From assembly GCA_020063525.1 (NCBI GenBank), contig JAGUUJ010000104.1, positions 1-33,374 of the forward strand: DNA of 33,374 nt, in the 5' to 3' direction. The notes under the pieces were generated by a model that saw nothing but the letters and a program-made list of their open reading frames with translations, did not search any database and was not told where the DNA came from. Each line of letters begins with the position of its first letter. Position 1 is the first letter of the stretch. Below, piece after piece: positions 7,821 through 20,611 of this stretch. A program made the translations under genes and the position numbers. This DNA comes from Candidatus Omnitrophota bacterium. Lineage in GTDB: Bacteria; Omnitrophota; Gorgyraeia; Gygaellales; Profunditerraquicolaceae.

Positions 7821-8429
7821 CTATTTTTTCTTTGCCTTTCTAATCATTAAATAACTATTTTTATAACCCGGAACAGCGCCTTTTACCAATAAAATATTGT
7901 TTTGTGCATCTACCTTTACAACTTTCAGATTCTGTACTGTTACCCTGTGTGCTCCCATGTGGCCGGGCATATGGTGTCCTTTCCAGACCCTTCCGGGCGT
8001 GGTGCTTGAACCCAAAGAACCGACGCGGCGATGCGACGTTGAACCGCGTGTTTTAGGTCCGCCGCGCCAATTCCAGCGCTTCATTCCGCCCTGAAAACCT
8101 TTGCCTAAGGAAGTGCCGGTTATATCTACAAAATCACCTGTTTTAAATAAGTCTACCTTCACTTCTTCGCCAACCTTATATTCTTTACCCGGTTCTTTTA
8201 AAACCTCTTTGATTATTTTCTTGGGGGGAATATTCAGTTTAGCAAAATATTTTGCCAGTGGCTTTTTGAGGCGATTTTCACGGACCGAATCAAATCCCAG
8301 CTGAATATGCTTATCTTTTACGGCTAATACTGGACAGGGTCCTGCTTCTATAACCGTGACAGGCACCAATTTAGCGTCTTCACTAAAAATTTGGGTCATG
8401 CCTATTTTTTTACCTAATATTCCCGTCAT
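7821..8429 (-). CDS. rplC: 50S ribosomal protein L3
   Basis: 202-aa ORF starting MTGILGKKIGMTQIF, with the FQGGMKRWN motif. Confidence 0.97.
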   Translation of the reverse strand: MTGILGKKIGMTQIFSEDAKLVPVTVIEAGPCPVLAVKDKHIQLGFDSVRENRLKKPLAKYFAKLNIPPKKIIKEVLKEPGKEYKVGEEVKVDLFKTGDFVDITGTSLGKGFQGGMKRWNWRGGPKTRGSTSHRRVGSLGSSTTPGRVWKGHHMPGHMGAHRVTVQNLKVVKVDAQNNILLVKGAVPGYKNSYLMIRKAKKK

Positions 8430-8502
8430 ATTTCGTTTTCCCGTTGCCCGTTGCTCGTTCGCCCGTTCAACAGGTTAACGGGCGAACTGGATAACGGGTT
8501 AA
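8430..8502 (-). repeat. Family B element, copy B1 (rpsJ stop to rplC start)
   Basis: Plus strand reads TTTTCCCGTTGCCCGTTGCTCGTTCGCCCGTTCAACAGGTTAACGGGCGAACTGGATAACGGGTTAAC. CCCGTTG-type words face TAACGGG-type words. It is the diverged relative of B2 and B3. Confidence 0.8.
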
Positions 8503-8802
8503 CTACTTTATTTCCACATCCACGCCTGCAGGAAGATTTAATTTCCTTAACGAGTCAATCGTCTTAGATGTGGGTTCGAATATATCAATAAGGCGCTTGT
8601 GTGTGGTTAACTCAAATTGTTCGCGCGATTTCTTGTCGATTACCGGAGAACGCAGGACCGTATAAATCTCCCTTTTTGTAGGCAGCGGCACAGGCCCGGA
8701 AATTTTTGCGCCTGTGCTTTTTACGGTCTCCACAATTTCTTCTACCGCCTGATCCAAGAGACGATGATCGTAAGCTTTAAGTTTTATGCGAATCTTTTGC
8801 AT
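8503..8802 (-). CDS. rpsJ: 30S ribosomal protein S10
   Basis: The canonical N-terminus [17 protein letters not shown] starts at the ATG at 8800-8802. The tracked start at 8817 adds MCSLN, which comes from repeat A3. Confidence 0.96.
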   Translation of the reverse strand: MQKIRIKLKAYDHRLLDQAVEEIVETVKSTGAKISGPVPLPTKREIYTVLRSPVIDKKSREQFELTTHKRLIDIFEPTSKTIDSLRKLNLPAGVDVEIK

Positions 8803-8806
8803 ATTT

Positions 8807-8859
8807 AATGAGCACATAACTTACGAACACGAAGTGTGAGTAAGTTATAAGTGCGAATT
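8807..8859 (-). repeat. Family A hairpin element, copy A3 (tuf stop to rpsJ start)
   Basis: Minus strand reads AATTCGCACTTATAACTTACTCACACTTCGTGTTCGTAAGTTATGTGCTCATT. Its 5' end overlaps the tuf TAA stop and it ends 4 nt before the rpsJ ATG. Confidence 0.85.
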
Positions 8860-10063
8860 AGGCAATAATTTCAGTAACAACGCCTGCGCCTACAGTGCGT
8901 CCGCCTTCGCGGATAGCAAAACGCGATTCCTTTTCCATGGCGATGGGCGTAATCAATTCTATTTCTAATTCTACATTATCTCCGGGCATAACCATTTCTA
9001 CGCCCTGAGGAAGTTTTACGCTTCCCGTAACATCAGTGGTGCGAAAATAGAACTGCGGCCTATAACCGGCAAAGAACGGAGTATGCCTTCCGCCTTCTTC
9101 CTTAGATAGTATGTAAACTTGAGCTTTAAACTTTGTATGCGGTGTGATGGATTTAGGTGCAGCTATAACCATGCCGCGCTCAATGTCATCCTTTTCCACG
9201 CCGCGTAAGAGCAACCCTACGTTATCGCCCGCCTGGCCTTCATCCAAAAGCTTCCTGAACATTTCTATACCTGTAACCACCGTCTTTCTCACTTCTGGCC
9301 TTAAACCTACCAGTTCCACTTCGTCATTCAATTTAACTCTTCCTCGCTCGATTCTTCCTGTTCCCACCGTTCCTCTACCTTCAATACTAAAAACATCTTC
9401 CACAGCCATAAGGAGCGGTTTATCTAAATCCCTTACAGGAATTGGTATAAACTCATCCACAGCTTTCATTAAGTCCAAGATAGGCTTGCAATCTGGACTG
9501 TTAGGATCTCCTTTTGCCTGTATTGCTTTTAATGCACTTCCTTTTATAATAGGGGTCTTGTCTCCAGGAAAACCATACTTGGTGAGCAATTCTCTTACTT
9601 CCATTTCTACCAAATCCAGGAGTTCCTTATCTTGAACTACATCTACTTTGTTCAAGAAAACTACCATCGATGGAACGTTTACCTGTTTTGCCAGAAGTAT
9701 ATGCTCCCGAGTCTGGGGCATCGGACCATCTGCTGCAGAAACTACTAATATTGCACCATCCATTTGTGCGGCTCCCGTGATCATATTCTTGATATAGTCA
9801 GCGTGCCCCGGGCAGTCTATGTGGGCATAGTGACGATTGTCGGTTTCGTACTCAACGTGTGCTACGGAAATAGTCAATATTTTACTCTCGTCTCTTACAG
9901 CGCCACCCTTAGCTATATCAGCATAGTCCCTGGCTTGAGCCTTTCCCAATTTAGACAGGACATGCGTAATAGCAGAGGTTAAAAGTGTCTTACCATGGTC
10001 TATGTGGCCGATAGTTCCGATGTTGACGTGTGGTTTTGTCCTCACAAATTTTTCTTTAGCCAT
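8858..10063 (-). CDS. tuf: Translation elongation factor Tu
   Basis: 401-aa ORF with GTPase motifs [16 protein letters not shown] and NKVD. A strong AAGGAGGTG SD is present. Confidence 0.98.
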   Translation of the reverse strand: MAKEKFVRTKPHVNIGTIGHIDHGKTLLTSAITHVLSKLGKAQARDYADIAKGGAVRDESKILTISVAHVEYETDNRHYAHIDCPGHADYIKNMITGAAQMDGAILVVSAADGPMPQTREHILLAKQVNVPSMVVFLNKVDVVQDKELLDLVEMEVRELLTKYGFPGDKTPIIKGSALKAIQAKGDPNSPDCKPILDLMKAVDEFIPIPVRDLDKPLLMAVEDVFSIEGRGTVGTGRIERGRVKLNDEVELVGLRPEVRKTVVTGIEMFRKLLDEGQAGDNVGLLLRGVEKDDIERGMVIAAPKSITPHTKFKAQVYILSKEEGGRHTPFFAGYRPQFYFRTTDVTGSVKLPQGVEMVMPGDNVELEIELITPIAMEKESRFAIREGGRTVGAGVVTEIIA

Positions 10064-10085
10064 TTTACTGCACCTCCTTATTTTT

Positions 10086-12185
10086 TTAAAAACTTTTTCT
10101 TAAGCCTAAGGATGTAAAACCTGCGACAATCTTTTCTGCTATATGTGAAGGCACCTCAGCATAAAACGAGGGCTCCATTGTATAGGATGCGCGACCCTGA
10201 GTTAAAGAACGTGATACTGTAGCATAATTAAATATTTCTGCTAAAGGCACGTATGTTCTGATTACGCGCACATTTGCCCGTACAGTTAAAGAAGTTATCT
10301 TTGCCCGCCGAGAATTTAAATCGCCGATTACCTGGCCCATATATTCCTCTGGCACTACAATCTCCATATCCATAATCGGTTCTAATAAAATCGGGTTTGC
10401 TTTTTTAAGGCCGTCATTAAAAGCGATAGCTGCTGCCATCTGAAAGGCCAGCTCTGAAGAATCCACTTCATGATATGAGCCGTCTATTAACTGAACCTTT
10501 ATATCCGCGACCGGATAACCTGCTAATACTCCGCTTTTTGCTGCACCCATAATACCCTGTTTTACGGCAGGGATAAATTCGCGCGGAATAGCGCCGCTTT
10601 TTATTTTACCTTCAAAAGTTACGCCAGAACCCGGCATTTCCTGAGGAGACATTTCTATGACTACATGTCCGTATTGGCCGTGCCCGCCGGTCTGCTGAAT
10701 GAATTTACCTGTGGAGATAACTTTTTTAGTGATAGTTTCCCGGTAAGCAACCTGCGGCACACCTACTTGTGCCTCTACATTAAATTCCCGCAATATCCGG
10801 TCAATAATTATCTCTAAATGCAACTGGCCCATACCAGAAATGATAGTCTGGCCGGTTTCCTGATTATAATTTACGCGAAATGAAGGATCCTCTTCTTCTA
10901 ATTTATGTAAAGCCAAACCTAATTTTTCTTGATCCTGTTTGGTTTTGGGTTCGATTGCCTGCTGAATTACCGGCTCAGGAAAACGCATTGCTTCAATTAA
11001 AATGGGGTTAGATTCATCGCAAAGCGTATCGCCTGTCATAGTATCTTTTAACCCGACAGCCACAGCAATATCGCCCGTAGAAATGCTATCAATAATCTCC
11101 TGCCGATTAGCATGCATCCTCAGCAATTTTGTAACCCGTTCCCTGATCCTGCGCGAGGCATTATGGATATAAGACCCTGTATTTAAAGTACCGGAATATA
11201 CCCTGAGATAATTAATCCTTCCTACGTAAGGGTCTACAACCACCTTAAAACATAATGCACAGAATGGTGCCTCATCAGAAGTTTCTATTTCTTCGTATTC
11301 ACCGGTTTCAGGTTCCATACCTTTTATGGGAGGCAGGTCAATCGGTGACGGCAGATAATCGCAAACTGCATCCAAAAGCAGTTGAATGCCTTTATTGCGC
11401 AAGGATGAACCGCATAAGACAGGGACAAGCTTATTCTGTATAACTGTTTTTCTTATTGTTTCTTTTATTGCAGTCACGGATATTACTCTACCGTGCACAA
11501 AATTATCCATTATCTTATCATCTACTTCGGCCAGTTTCTCCAGCAACACGTTGCGATATTTGTCAACCTCACCTTCAAGGCCGGCAGGTACATCTAAGAT
11601 GTCAAATTCTTTACCCAATTCATCCTTGTATAAGATTAACCTCTTTTCTATTAAATCGATTATACCTTCAAGATTATCTTCCTGGACAAAGGGCAATTGT
11701 ATCGCCGCGGCATTTGCTCCTAACTTTTTATGAATCTGGGCAATTGTATCGAAGAAATCGCTGCCCGTTCTATCTAATTTATTTACAAAAGCTATTCTTG
11801 GCACACCATAGCGGTCAGCCTGGCGCCATACTGTCTCTGATTGCGGCTCAACCCCTCCTACGCCGCAGAAGATAACCACCGCCCCATCCAGAACCTTTAA
11901 AGACCTTTCTACTTCTACGGTAAAATCTACATGACCCGGAGTATCGATGATATTAATGTGGAAGGCATTCCAGCTACAGGTAGTGCAGGCAGCAGTTATA
12001 GTAATGCCTCTTTCCTGTTCTTGAATCATCCAATCCATCGTAGCGGTACCTTCGTCTACCTCGCCAATCTTGTAAGTCTTACCTGTATAATAAAGCATGC
12101 GCTCGGTAGTCGTGGTCTTGCCCGCATCGATATGGGCAATGATGCCTATGTTCCTAATTTTATCTAACAGTGTCTCTCGTGTCAT
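10086..12185 (-). CDS. fusA: Translation elongation factor G
   Basis: 699-aa ORF with [21 protein letters not shown] and NKLDR. Conserved str-operon position. Confidence 0.98.
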   Translation of the reverse strand: MTRETLLDKIRNIGIIAHIDAGKTTTTERMLYYTGKTYKIGEVDEGTATMDWMIQEQERGITITAACTTCSWNAFHINIIDTPGHVDFTVEVERSLKVLDGAVVIFCGVGGVEPQSETVWRQADRYGVPRIAFVNKLDRTGSDFFDTIAQIHKKLGANAAAIQLPFVQEDNLEGIIDLIEKRLILYKDELGKEFDILDVPAGLEGEVDKYRNVLLEKLAEVDDKIMDNFVHGRVISVTAIKETIRKTVIQNKLVPVLCGSSLRNKGIQLLLDAVCDYLPSPIDLPPIKGMEPETGEYEEIETSDEAPFCALCFKVVVDPYVGRINYLRVYSGTLNTGSYIHNASRRIRERVTKLLRMHANRQEIIDSISTGDIAVAVGLKDTMTGDTLCDESNPILIEAMRFPEPVIQQAIEPKTKQDQEKLGLALHKLEEEDPSFRVNYNQETGQTIISGMGQLHLEIIIDRILREFNVEAQVGVPQVAYRETITKKVISTGKFIQQTGGHGQYGHVVIEMSPQEMPGSGVTFEGKIKSGAIPREFIPAVKQGIMGAAKSGVLAGYPVADIKVQLIDGSYHEVDSSELAFQMAAAIAFNDGLKKANPILLEPIMDMEIVVPEEYMGQVIGDLNSRRAKITSLTVRANVRVIRTYVPLAEIFNYATVSRSLTQGRASYTMEPSFYAEVPSHIAEKIVAGFTSLGLRKSF

Positions 12186-12267
12186 CGTAAATCGTTTGCC
12201 TGTTGCCTGTTTTCCCGTTGCCCGTTCAAACAGGTTAACGGGCTAACAGGATAACAGGTTAACGGAT
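12186..12267 (-). repeat. Family B element, copy B2 (rpsG stop to fusA start)
   Basis: The core TTTTCCCGTTGCCCGTTCAAACAGGTTAACGGGCTAACAGGATAACAGGTTAAC differs from B3 by one indel and two substitutions. Confidence 0.85.
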
Positions 12268-12738
12268 TTACCATCTAAAATGCGCAAATGCCTTATTTGC
12301 TTCTGCCATCTTATGCGTATCGTCTCTCTTCTTTATAGTTGCGCCTTCGCCTTTATAAGCAGCCATGATTTCATCAGCAAGCTTATCCTTCATCGATTTG
12401 CCTTTTTTCCCCTTAGCAAAATCCCTTATCCAGCGCAAGGCAATCGAGGTGCCGCGTTCCTGTTTTACCTCAATCGGTACTTGATAAGTTGCTCCTCCTA
12501 CGCGTCTCGGCTTTACTTCTAAGCGCGGCCGCACATTATCGATAGCTTTATTAAAAACTTTCAGGACATCGGGTTCGTTAAGTTGCTGTTTTATTATATC
12601 GAAGGCACCGTAGATCATCTTCTCGGCAAGAGATTTCTTGCCTTGAAGCGTAACCATATTAATAAATTTGGATACGATTTTACTGTTAAATTTTGGATCC
12701 GGCAAAACTTCTCTTTCTTGAGCTTTTCTTCTTCTCAT
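12268..12738 (-). CDS. rpsG: 30S ribosomal protein S7
   Basis: 156-aa ORF starting [17 protein letters not shown] and ending KAFAHFRW. Confidence 0.97.
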   Translation of the reverse strand: MRRRKAQEREVLPDPKFNSKIVSKFINMVTLQGKKSLAEKMIYGAFDIIKQQLNEPDVLKVFNKAIDNVRPRLEVKPRRVGGATYQVPIEVKQERGTSIALRWIRDFAKGKKGKSMKDKLADEIMAAYKGEGATIKKRDDTHKMAEANKAFAHFRW

Positions 12739-13109
12739 TACTTAGGCCTCTTAGCTCCGTATTTAGAGCGGGATTTTTTACGCTGGTTGACCCCGGCTGT
12801 ATCAAGCGTGCCTCTTACAATGTGATATCTTACTCCGGGCAAATCTTTTACACGGCCCCCTCTAACCAAAACGATGGAATGTTCCTGTAAATTATGGCCC
12901 TCCCCCGGTATATAAGCTGTAACTTCTATCCCTGTAGTTAATCTTACCCTGGCAATCTTGCGTAAAGCAGAATTGGGTTTTTTAGGTGTCATGGTACGCA
13001 CCTGAAGACAAACGCCCCTTCTCTGCGGACACCCTTTTAAAGCCGGCGACTTTGTCTTTTTCTTTTTAGATATGCGCCCTAGTCTGATTAATTGCGTAAT
13101 GGTTGGCAT
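12738..13109 (-). CDS. rpsL: 30S ribosomal protein S12
   Basis: 123-aa ORF starting MPTITQLIR, with [11 protein letters not shown] and [14 protein letters not shown] motifs. Confidence 0.98.
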   Translation of the reverse strand: MPTITQLIRLGRISKKKKTKSPALKGCPQRRGVCLQVRTMTPKKPNSALRKIARVRLTTGIEVTAYIPGEGHNLQEHSIVLVRGGRVKDLPGVRYHIVRGTLDTAGVNQRKKSRSKYGAKRPK

Positions 13110-13181
13110 TTCTGTTTTCCCGTTGCCCGTTTTCCCGTTGCCCGTTCAACAGGCTAACGGGCTAACCGGATAACAGGTTAA
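13110..13181 (-). repeat. Family B element, copy B3 (rpoC stop to rpsL start)
   Basis: Plus strand reads TTTTCCCGTTGCCCGTTTTCCCGTTGCCCGTTCAACAGGCTAACGGGCTAACCGGATAACAGGTTAAC. It starts right at the rpoC TAG stop (TAGTTAAC, as in B1). Confidence 0.85.
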
Positions 13182-16100
13182 CTATTTATTTTCTACTTTT
13201 TCTTCATCGCCGCCTGTTTTAACAACTTCAATATTTCGATGAGCATAAAAACCCGTGCCTGCGGGTATAAGATGGCCTACGATTACATTTTCTTTTAATC
13301 CAAACAACTCATCTGTTTTTCCCGAAGCCGCAGCTTCAGTAAGGACCCGCGTTGTCTCCTGAAAACTGGCCGCAGAAATAAAACTTTCGGTGGTAAGGGC
13401 AGCTTTGGTTATGCCTAACAACAAAGGTGTAGCCACCGCAGGTTTTCCGCCTTTCTTTATTACGCGCGTATTCTCTTTTTGAAATTTCCATTTATCTACC
13501 TGTTGAGTAGCTAAAAATTCTGTATCACCCGGGTCTTCAACCCTGACTTTTTTCAACATCTGCCTGATAATCATCTCAATGTGTTTATCGTTTATGCGCA
13601 CGCCCTGGAGCCTGTAAATCTCCTGAACTTCGTTTACTAAATATTCCTGTAAAACCTTATCGCCGCAAACCCTTAATATGTCCTGCAATACCACCGGGCC
13701 GTCGGTTAATTGCTGGCCTGCCATGACCTTATCGCCCTTATAAACATTAGGATGTTTGCCATGAGGAATGATATACTCTCTTTGCATGCCGGTGGCAGAT
13801 TTAACAACAATTACACGCTGGCCCTTTTTGGCTTCACCGAATTCTATAAAACCGTCTATCTCGCTTATGATTGCCGGGTCTTTTGGGCGCCTCGCTTCAA
13901 ATAATTCCGCCACGCGCGGAAGGCCGCCGGTGATATCCCTTGTTTTTACAAAAAATCGCGGTATCTTTGCCAAGAGGTCCCCGGCAGATATTTTTTGACC
14001 GTCATTAACTAATATATGTGCTCCCGCAGGAATAGGATATATTCCCATAATCTCTTTTTTTTCATCTAGAATCACTATTTGCGGGTGATATTCCTGTTTA
14101 TGTTCCACGACCACACGTTCGGTCAATTTTGTCACCGGGTTAAGTTCTTCTCTGACCGTGACATCTTCGCGCAAATCCTCATATTTTACTAGCCCTGATA
14201 CCTCAGTAAGAATAGGCTGGGTATAAGGATCCCAACGAAGAAAAATAACATCCTTACCTACCTCGCCATCTGCTGCAACATTAATAAAAGTGCCCTGCGG
14301 CACAGCATAACGCTCGAGTTCTCTTCCTTGCTTATCATTTATACTTATTGAGCCGTTTCTATTTAAAACAATAAATTCTTTATGCTTTAGGACTACCCTG
14401 AGATTATGATATTTGACTATTCCCTTATTCTTTGATTTTACAAATGACTGTGCAACAACCCTGGAGGCTGTGCCGCCGATATGAAACGTTCTCATGGTTA
14501 ACTGGGTACCCGGCTCACCGATACTCTGTGCAGCAATTACACCTACTGCTTCGCCTAACTCAATCAATCTTCCTGTGGCAAGATTACGGCCGTAACACTT
14601 CTTGCAAACTCCTCTTCCGGCTTCACAGGTTAAGACGCTGCGTATACGTATCTTCTCAATACCCAGCTTCTCGAGCATTTCTGCCTTTTCTTCGGTAATT
14701 TCGCTACCTGCTTCTACGATAGCCGCATCAGTAATAATATCTACTATATTATCTAACGCGACCCTTCCTACAACACGGTCATTTAAACTCACTACTTCTT
14801 CGTCGCCTTCGATAATTGCGGATACTGTAATGCCGTTCAAGGTCCCGCAGTCTTCGTCGGTAATAATAACCTCTTGAGCAACATCCACGAGCCTACGCGT
14901 AAGATACCCTGCATCTGCAGTCTTAAGCGCGGTATCGGCAAGACCTTTACGCGCACCGTGGGTTGAGATAAAGTACTCCAAAACGGTTAAGCCTTCTTTA
15001 AAATTGGCAGTAATGGGGCTTTCGATAATTTCACCCGATGGCTTGGCCATTAGGCCACGCATACCTGCTAATTGCCTTACCTGTAACCTTGAGCCTCTTG
15101 CACCTGAATCAGCCATCATAAATATAGGATTAAAAGGCTCCAGCTCTTTAAACAGGAATTCAGCAACTTTATCAGTAGTATGAGTCCAGACATCAATAAC
15201 TTTATTGTATCGCTCCCTATCAGTAATAATACCTTTATGATACTGCTCCTCAATCTTGCTGACTTCGGCTTTGGCTTCTTTTAAAACCTCTTCTTTTGCC
15301 TTGGGTATTTTTAAGTCGTCTATACCAATGGAGATACCGCCGCGCGTAGCGAATTCAAACCCTAATCTTTTAATATCATCGAGCAACTGAATGGTTCTTG
15401 TGTGTCCGAAACGCTTGTAACATTCAGCTACAATATCACCCACGTTACTTTTATTTAACTCTTTGTTTACAAAGCCGAAGCCTTCGGGCAATATCTGATT
15501 GAATATAACCCTGCCCACAGTAGTAGTAATGAGCTGTCTTGCGGGCAGGAGCTTTTTCTCTTCCAAATCAAATAGCGTGTCTATTCTTAATTTTATCTTA
15601 GCGTGCAGGTCTGCTTCCTTGTCCTCATAAGCAATAATAGCCTCATCGGCACTAGAAAATATTTTATTTTCGCCTTTTGCCCGGGGTTTTTCCTTGGAAA
15701 TATAAGAAACACCCAAAATAATATCTTGCGTAGGGGTTAGAATGGGTCTTCCGTCTGCGGGAGAGAATACATTATTTATGGAAAGCATAAGTATTTTAGC
15801 TTCAATTTGAGATTCTAAAGAAAGGGGCACATGCACTGCCATCTGGTCACCGTCAAAATCGGCATTAAAAGCAGTGCAGACTAATGGATGAATCTTTATA
15901 GATTTACCTTCAATTAAAACCGGCTGGAATGCCTGAATGCTTAAGCGATGTAATGTGGGAGCGCGGTTCAGAAGGACCGGATGGTCTTTAATTACTTCAT
16001 CAAGGATATCCCAGACTTCAATTTTTCCATGTTCTACCATCCTGCGTGCGCCTTTTATGGTATGCACAAATCCCTTTTCTCTTAACTTTTTGATAATAAA

Positions 16101-17207
16101 TGGTTGAAATAATTCTAATGCCATCTGTTTAGGCAGCCCGCATTCATGCAGTTTTAGTTCCGGCCCGACCACGATTACCGAACGGCCGGAATAATCTACG
16201 CGTTTACCCAGGAGATTCTGCCTGAACCTGCCTTGTTTACCTTTAAGCATATCTGCCAAGGATTTCAATGGCCGGTTATTTGCACCCATTACAGGCCGGC
16301 CGTGCCTGCCGTTATCCAAGAGTGCATCTACTGCTTCCTGGAGCATGCGTTTTTCATTGCGAATGATTATCTCTGGGGCGTTTAACTCAATGAGTTTCTT
16401 TAAACGGTTATTGCGATTTATAACCCGGCGATATAAATCATTAAGGTCGGAAGTGGCAAACCTGCCTCCGTCTAACGGAACTAACGGCCTTAAATCCGGG
16501 GGTATAACCGGTAAAATACTCAGGACCATCCAATCCGGCTTATTGCCCGATTTCTTAAAGTCTTCGACAATCTTTAGCGTTTTTAAGACCTTACGATTGG
16601 CTATTGTCTCTTTTGATTTTTCTAAATCACGGCGCAGTTTACGGCAATATGCATCAAGGTCTAAATCTTTTAATAACTCCTGCACTGCTTCAGCGCCGAT
16701 TTTTGCCTTAAAGCCTGAACCGTACTTATTAAGTGCTTCCTGATATTTGTCTTCGGTTAAGAGTTCTTTTTTCTTCAGAGGCGCATTACCGGGTTCAATC
16801 ACCACATGTTCTTCATAGTAAATTATTTTTTCTAAATCCCTTAATGATATATCCAGCAATGCGGATAAACGGCTGGGAACAGTCTTAAAGAACCAAATGT
16901 GTGTAACCGGCGTAGCTAATTCAATATGGCCCATACGTTCGCGTCTTACAGATGAACGATCTATAGTAACGCCGCAACGGTCACAGGTGATCCCTTTAAA
17001 TTTTATGCCTTTGTATTTACCGCAATTACATTCCCAGTCGCGCACCGGCCCGAAAATCTTCTCGCAAAACAGGCCGTCTTTCTCCGGTTTTAAAGTGCGG
17101 TAGTTTACAGTTTCTGCCTTCTTTACCTCTCCCTTAGACCAGGATTTTATTACGGCAGGCGATGCAATCTTTATAGAGATACTGTTGAACTGGATAATTT
17201 CAGCCAT
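13182..17207 (-). CDS. rpoC: DNA-directed RNA polymerase subunit beta'
   Basis: 1341-aa ORF with the NADFDGDQM catalytic motif and zinc-binding cysteines near the N-terminus. The start overlaps the rpoB stop (TAATG). Confidence 0.98.
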   Translation of the reverse strand: MAEIIQFNSISIKIASPAVIKSWSKGEVKKAETVNYRTLKPEKDGLFCEKIFGPVRDWECNCGKYKGIKFKGITCDRCGVTIDRSSVRRERMGHIELATPVTHIWFFKTVPSRLSALLDISLRDLEKIIYYEEHVVIEPGNAPLKKKELLTEDKYQEALNKYGSGFKAKIGAEAVQELLKDLDLDAYCRKLRRDLEKSKETIANRKVLKTLKIVEDFKKSGNKPDWMVLSILPVIPPDLRPLVPLDGGRFATSDLNDLYRRVINRNNRLKKLIELNAPEIIIRNEKRMLQEAVDALLDNGRHGRPVMGANNRPLKSLADMLKGKQGRFRQNLLGKRVDYSGRSVIVVGPELKLHECGLPKQMALELFQPFIIKKLREKGFVHTIKGARRMVEHGKIEVWDILDEVIKDHPVLLNRAPTLHRLSIQAFQPVLIEGKSIKIHPLVCTAFNADFDGDQMAVHVPLSLESQIEAKILMLSINNVFSPADGRPILTPTQDIILGVSYISKEKPRAKGENKIFSSADEAIIAYEDKEADLHAKIKLRIDTLFDLEEKKLLPARQLITTTVGRVIFNQILPEGFGFVNKELNKSNVGDIVAECYKRFGHTRTIQLLDDIKRLGFEFATRGGISIGIDDLKIPKAKEEVLKEAKAEVSKIEEQYHKGIITDRERYNKVIDVWTHTTDKVAEFLFKELEPFNPIFMMADSGARGSRLQVRQLAGMRGLMAKPSGEIIESPITANFKEGLTVLEYFISTHGARKGLADTALKTADAGYLTRRLVDVAQEVIITDEDCGTLNGITVSAIIEGDEEVVSLNDRVVGRVALDNIVDIITDAAIVEAGSEITEEKAEMLEKLGIEKIRIRSVLTCEAGRGVCKKCYGRNLATGRLIELGEAVGVIAAQSIGEPGTQLTMRTFHIGGTASRVVAQSFVKSKNKGIVKYHNLRVVLKHKEFIVLNRNGSISINDKQGRELERYAVPQGTFINVAADGEVGKDVIFLRWDPYTQPILTEVSGLVKYEDLREDVTVREELNPVTKLTERVVVEHKQEYHPQIVILDEKKEIMGIYPIPAGAHILVNDGQKISAGDLLAKIPRFFVKTRDITGGLPRVAELFEARRPKDPAIISEIDGFIEFGEAKKGQRVIVVKSATGMQREYIIPHGKHPNVYKGDKVMAGQQLTDGPVVLQDILRVCGDKVLQEYLVNEVQEIYRLQGVRINDKHIEMIIRQMLKKVRVEDPGDTEFLATQQVDKWKFQKENTRVIKKGGKPAVATPLLLGITKAALTTESFISAASFQETTRVLTEAAASGKTDELFGLKENVIVGHLIPAGTGFYAHRNIEVVKTGGDEEKVENK

Positions 17208-20200
17208 TATTTTTCCTTATCCAAATGAACATCTAAACATAAGCCTTGTAATTCTTTTATTAAAACATTGAATGATTCGGGCGTACCGTGGGTTAATCTA
17301 TGTTCTCCCTTGACAATCGCCTCGTATATGCGCGTTCTACCTGATACATCGTCACTCTTAACGGTAAGCATCTCCTGCAAACTAAACGCTGCACCATAAG
17401 CCTCCAGCGCCCAAACTTCCATTTCGCCTAACCTTTGGCCTCCAAACTGCGCCTTACCGCCTAAGGGCTGCTGAGTAACTAAAGAATAAGGGCCGATAGA
17501 ACGGGCATGAATTTTTTCATCGACCAGATGAATTAATTTCATCATATAAATAAACCCAACGGTTATCTTCTGGTCAAAGGGTTCACCCGTAAAGCCGTCG
17601 TAAAGAGTTATCTTGCCCTCTTCGGGTAAACCTGCTTTTTTAAGCAGTTCTTTAATTTCTGCTTCAGTAGCACCATCAAAAACAGGGCTGGTAACATAAA
17701 GACCTAAAGCCTTGGCTGCCCAGCCTAAATGAGTCTCCAAAATTTGACCTACGTTCATTCGCGAGGGAACGCCCAAAGGATTTAATACGATATCGATTGG
17801 TGTGCCATCGGGTAAATAAGGCATATCTTCATCGGGTAGAATCTTGGCCAACACTCCTTTATTGCCGTGTCTACCCGCCAATTTATCCCCTTCTGATAAT
17901 TTACGTTTTGTGGCAATATAAACAACTACTCTTTTTAAAACCCCAGCAGGTAATTCATCGCCGCGCCTGACCTTTTCCATCTCCTGCTCTTCTTCTGCTA
18001 ATAATTTTTGTATTTGCTCATCAAAAGAAGAAGCCAGGATTTTTGCTTCTTCTTTATCGCTAAAATCCATTTTCTCTATTTTTCTTTTATCTATACCTAA
18101 AACCTGGCTCAACCGCGAGAGCTTTTCACTTTGAACAAATTCTATCTCCTGTTTATAATAAGCCTTCAGTTCCTTTATTTTGGCTAGCTCCTTAGTTTTA
18201 TCCTCTTTGGACTTTCTCCCCCGAACTTTACGCTGAAATACGTGCACATCTATCACCACACCTCCAACTCCCGGCGGAACAGTCAAAGAGGTATCGCGCA
18301 CATCGCCTGCTTTCTCGCCGAATATAGCGCGCAAGAGCCTTTCTTCGGGAGAAAGCTCAGACTCGGTTTTAGGAGTAACTTTTCCTACCAGGATATCTCC
18401 TGAGATTACCTCTGCACCCATACGAATTATGCCTGTCTCATCTAAATTCCTTAAAGATTCTTCGCTTACATTGGGTATATCGCGGGTTATTTCTTCATTG
18501 CCGAGGCGCGTCTCAGTGGCTTCGATCTCGAACTTTTCTACATGTATAGAGGTAAATGTATCTTCTTTGACCACCTTGTCACTGATTAAGATAGCGTCTT
18601 CAAAATTATATCCCCGCCAGGGCATAAAAGCGCATAATAAATTTTTCCCCAAGGCCAGTTCGCCGTTTTTAGTGCTCGTCCCATCGGCAATAACTTCGCC
18701 TTTTTCAACCTGTTGGCCCAACCTTACTAAGGGCCTTTGATTTAAACAGGTATTAGCGTTCGTGCGCAAAAATTTCTTGAGATGGTATGTCTTTTTGCCA
18801 ATGGTTATTGATGAAGCATCAACGGCTGTTACCTTACCTGACTCCTCAGCTATGACTAGCGTACCGGAATCAACAGCAACTTTACCCTCCATTAATGTTC
18901 CTACAATCGGCTGCTCATTAATCATTAATGGCACAGCCTGTCTTTGCATGTTTGAACCCATCAATGCACGGTTGGCATCATCATGTTCTAAAAAAGGAAT
19001 TAAAGCAGCAGCTATAGAAACAAGCTGTCTTGGGGATACATCCATATATTCGACCTGTTTCGGCTGGACTTTAGGGAAATCGCCTCTATAGCGGCAGGAA
19101 ACCTCTCTTTCTAGGAAATGACCGTCGTTGTCTAACGGGACATTCGCCTGCGCAATCATTTTTTCTTCTTCTATATCTGCGGTTAAATATTCGATCTTGC
19201 GCGTAACCCGGCCGTCTTCTACCTTTCTATAGGGTGTTTCAAGCAGTCCTAAGAAATTTACCCGCGCATAAGTACTAAGCGAGGCAATCAAACCAATATT
19301 CGGGCCTTCAGGCGTCTCGATTGGGCAAATTCTGCCATAATGTGAAGGGTGTATGTCTCTGACTTCAAAGCCAGCGCGCTCCCGCGATAATCCGCCGGGG
19401 CCTAAAGCACTCAAGCGGCGTTTATGAGTCATCTCAGCCAAAGGATTCACCTGGTCCATAAACTGGGATAGCTGACTACGGGTAAAGAAATCGCGTATCT
19501 GGTTGGACAATAACTTTGAATTTATTAGATAGTGCACGCTTATATTGTCGAAATCGCCTAATATGGTTAATCGCTCTCTTATCGAACGTTCAATGCGGCT
19601 TAAGCCTATCCTTACCTGGTTCTGCACTAATTCTCCCACTGTCTTTATCCGGCGATTGCCCAGATGGTCTATATCGTCAATTTTGCCTTCGCCCGCTTTT
19701 AGTTTAATCAGATATTCAATTACTTTAATAACCATAGCTGAATCGAGGATCCTTTTTTCTAAAGAAACATCCATACCTAATTTTCTGTTGAGGATAAATC
19801 TGCCTGCCCTTTCCAAATCGTATCTATTAGGGTCAAAGAACAATCTATAGAATAATGCCTCGGCACCTTCTTTAGTCACGGGTTCAGTAGGCCGCATCTT
19901 ACGATAAAAATCTAAGTATGCCTCCTCTTTACTCTTGGTATAATCTTTCTTAAAAGTATTGGTTATCTCGGGATATTCTTTTCCGAATGCAGAAATAATT
20001 TCTTGATCGGTAGAAAAACCAAGTATCCTTAAAACTTGAGTAGCGGGGAAGTTTCTACGCCTATCCACATAGGCAAGAACAGTTTCTGATAAATCGTATT
20101 TAAACTCAAGCCATGCCCCTCGATAGGGGACAATACGTCCGTAAAATATCTTCTTGCCGGTAGGGTGGCTCTCTTCTTCAAAGGAAACACCCGGAGAACG

Positions 20201-20611
20201 CTGCAGTTGGCTTACTACTACTCTTTCATCGCCGTTTATGACGAATGTGCCGGTTTCGGTCATTAATGGTATTTCTCCGAAATAGGCATCCTGCTCTTTA
20301 ATGTCTTTGGGTGTAATTAATCTAAATTTTACCTTTAAGGGTGCGGCAAAGGTTAAGGCTCGCCTTCCGGATTCAGCAATATTATATTTAGGTTTGCCTA
20401 AAGAGTAGCTGATAAACTCCAATCTTACTGTGCGGTTCGGGTTCTCGATAGGGAATATATCCAGGAATACTTCCTGTAAACCCTGATGCTTCCTTTCCTG
20501 CCAGGGAACATCGAACTGCAGAAATTCATTGTAAGACCGAAGCTGTATATCTAATAGGTTAGGTAACTCGCAAACCTCTTTAAATCTGGCAAAGTTTTTA
20601 CGTTTAATCAT
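17207..20611 (-). CDS. rpoB: DNA-directed RNA polymerase subunit beta
   Basis: 1134-aa ORF with conserved beta regions ([26 protein letters not shown]). Confidence 0.98.
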   Translation of the reverse strand: MIKRKNFARFKEVCELPNLLDIQLRSYNEFLQFDVPWQERKHQGLQEVFLDIFPIENPNRTVRLEFISYSLGKPKYNIAESGRRALTFAAPLKVKFRLITPKDIKEQDAYFGEIPLMTETGTFVINGDERVVVSQLQRSPGVSFEEESHPTGKKIFYGRIVPYRGAWLEFKYDLSETVLAYVDRRRNFPATQVLRILGFSTDQEIISAFGKEYPEITNTFKKDYTKSKEEAYLDFYRKMRPTEPVTKEGAEALFYRLFFDPNRYDLERAGRFILNRKLGMDVSLEKRILDSAMVIKVIEYLIKLKAGEGKIDDIDHLGNRRIKTVGELVQNQVRIGLSRIERSIRERLTILGDFDNISVHYLINSKLLSNQIRDFFTRSQLSQFMDQVNPLAEMTHKRRLSALGPGGLSRERAGFEVRDIHPSHYGRICPIETPEGPNIGLIASLSTYARVNFLGLLETPYRKVEDGRVTRKIEYLTADIEEEKMIAQANVPLDNDGHFLEREVSCRYRGDFPKVQPKQVEYMDVSPRQLVSIAAALIPFLEHDDANRALMGSNMQRQAVPLMINEQPIVGTLMEGKVAVDSGTLVIAEESGKVTAVDASSITIGKKTYHLKKFLRTNANTCLNQRPLVRLGQQVEKGEVIADGTSTKNGELALGKNLLCAFMPWRGYNFEDAILISDKVVKEDTFTSIHVEKFEIEATETRLGNEEITRDIPNVSEESLRNLDETGIIRMGAEVISGDILVGKVTPKTESELSPEERLLRAIFGEKAGDVRDTSLTVPPGVGGVVIDVHVFQRKVRGRKSKEDKTKELAKIKELKAYYKQEIEFVQSEKLSRLSQVLGIDKRKIEKMDFSDKEEAKILASSFDEQIQKLLAEEEQEMEKVRRGDELPAGVLKRVVVYIATKRKLSEGDKLAGRHGNKGVLAKILPDEDMPYLPDGTPIDIVLNPLGVPSRMNVGQILETHLGWAAKALGLYVTSPVFDGATEAEIKELLKKAGLPEEGKITLYDGFTGEPFDQKITVGFIYMMKLIHLVDEKIHARSIGPYSLVTQQPLGGKAQFGGQRLGEMEVWALEAYGAAFSLQEMLTVKSDDVSGRTRIYEAIVKGEHRLTHGTPESFNVLIKELQGLCLDVHLDKEK

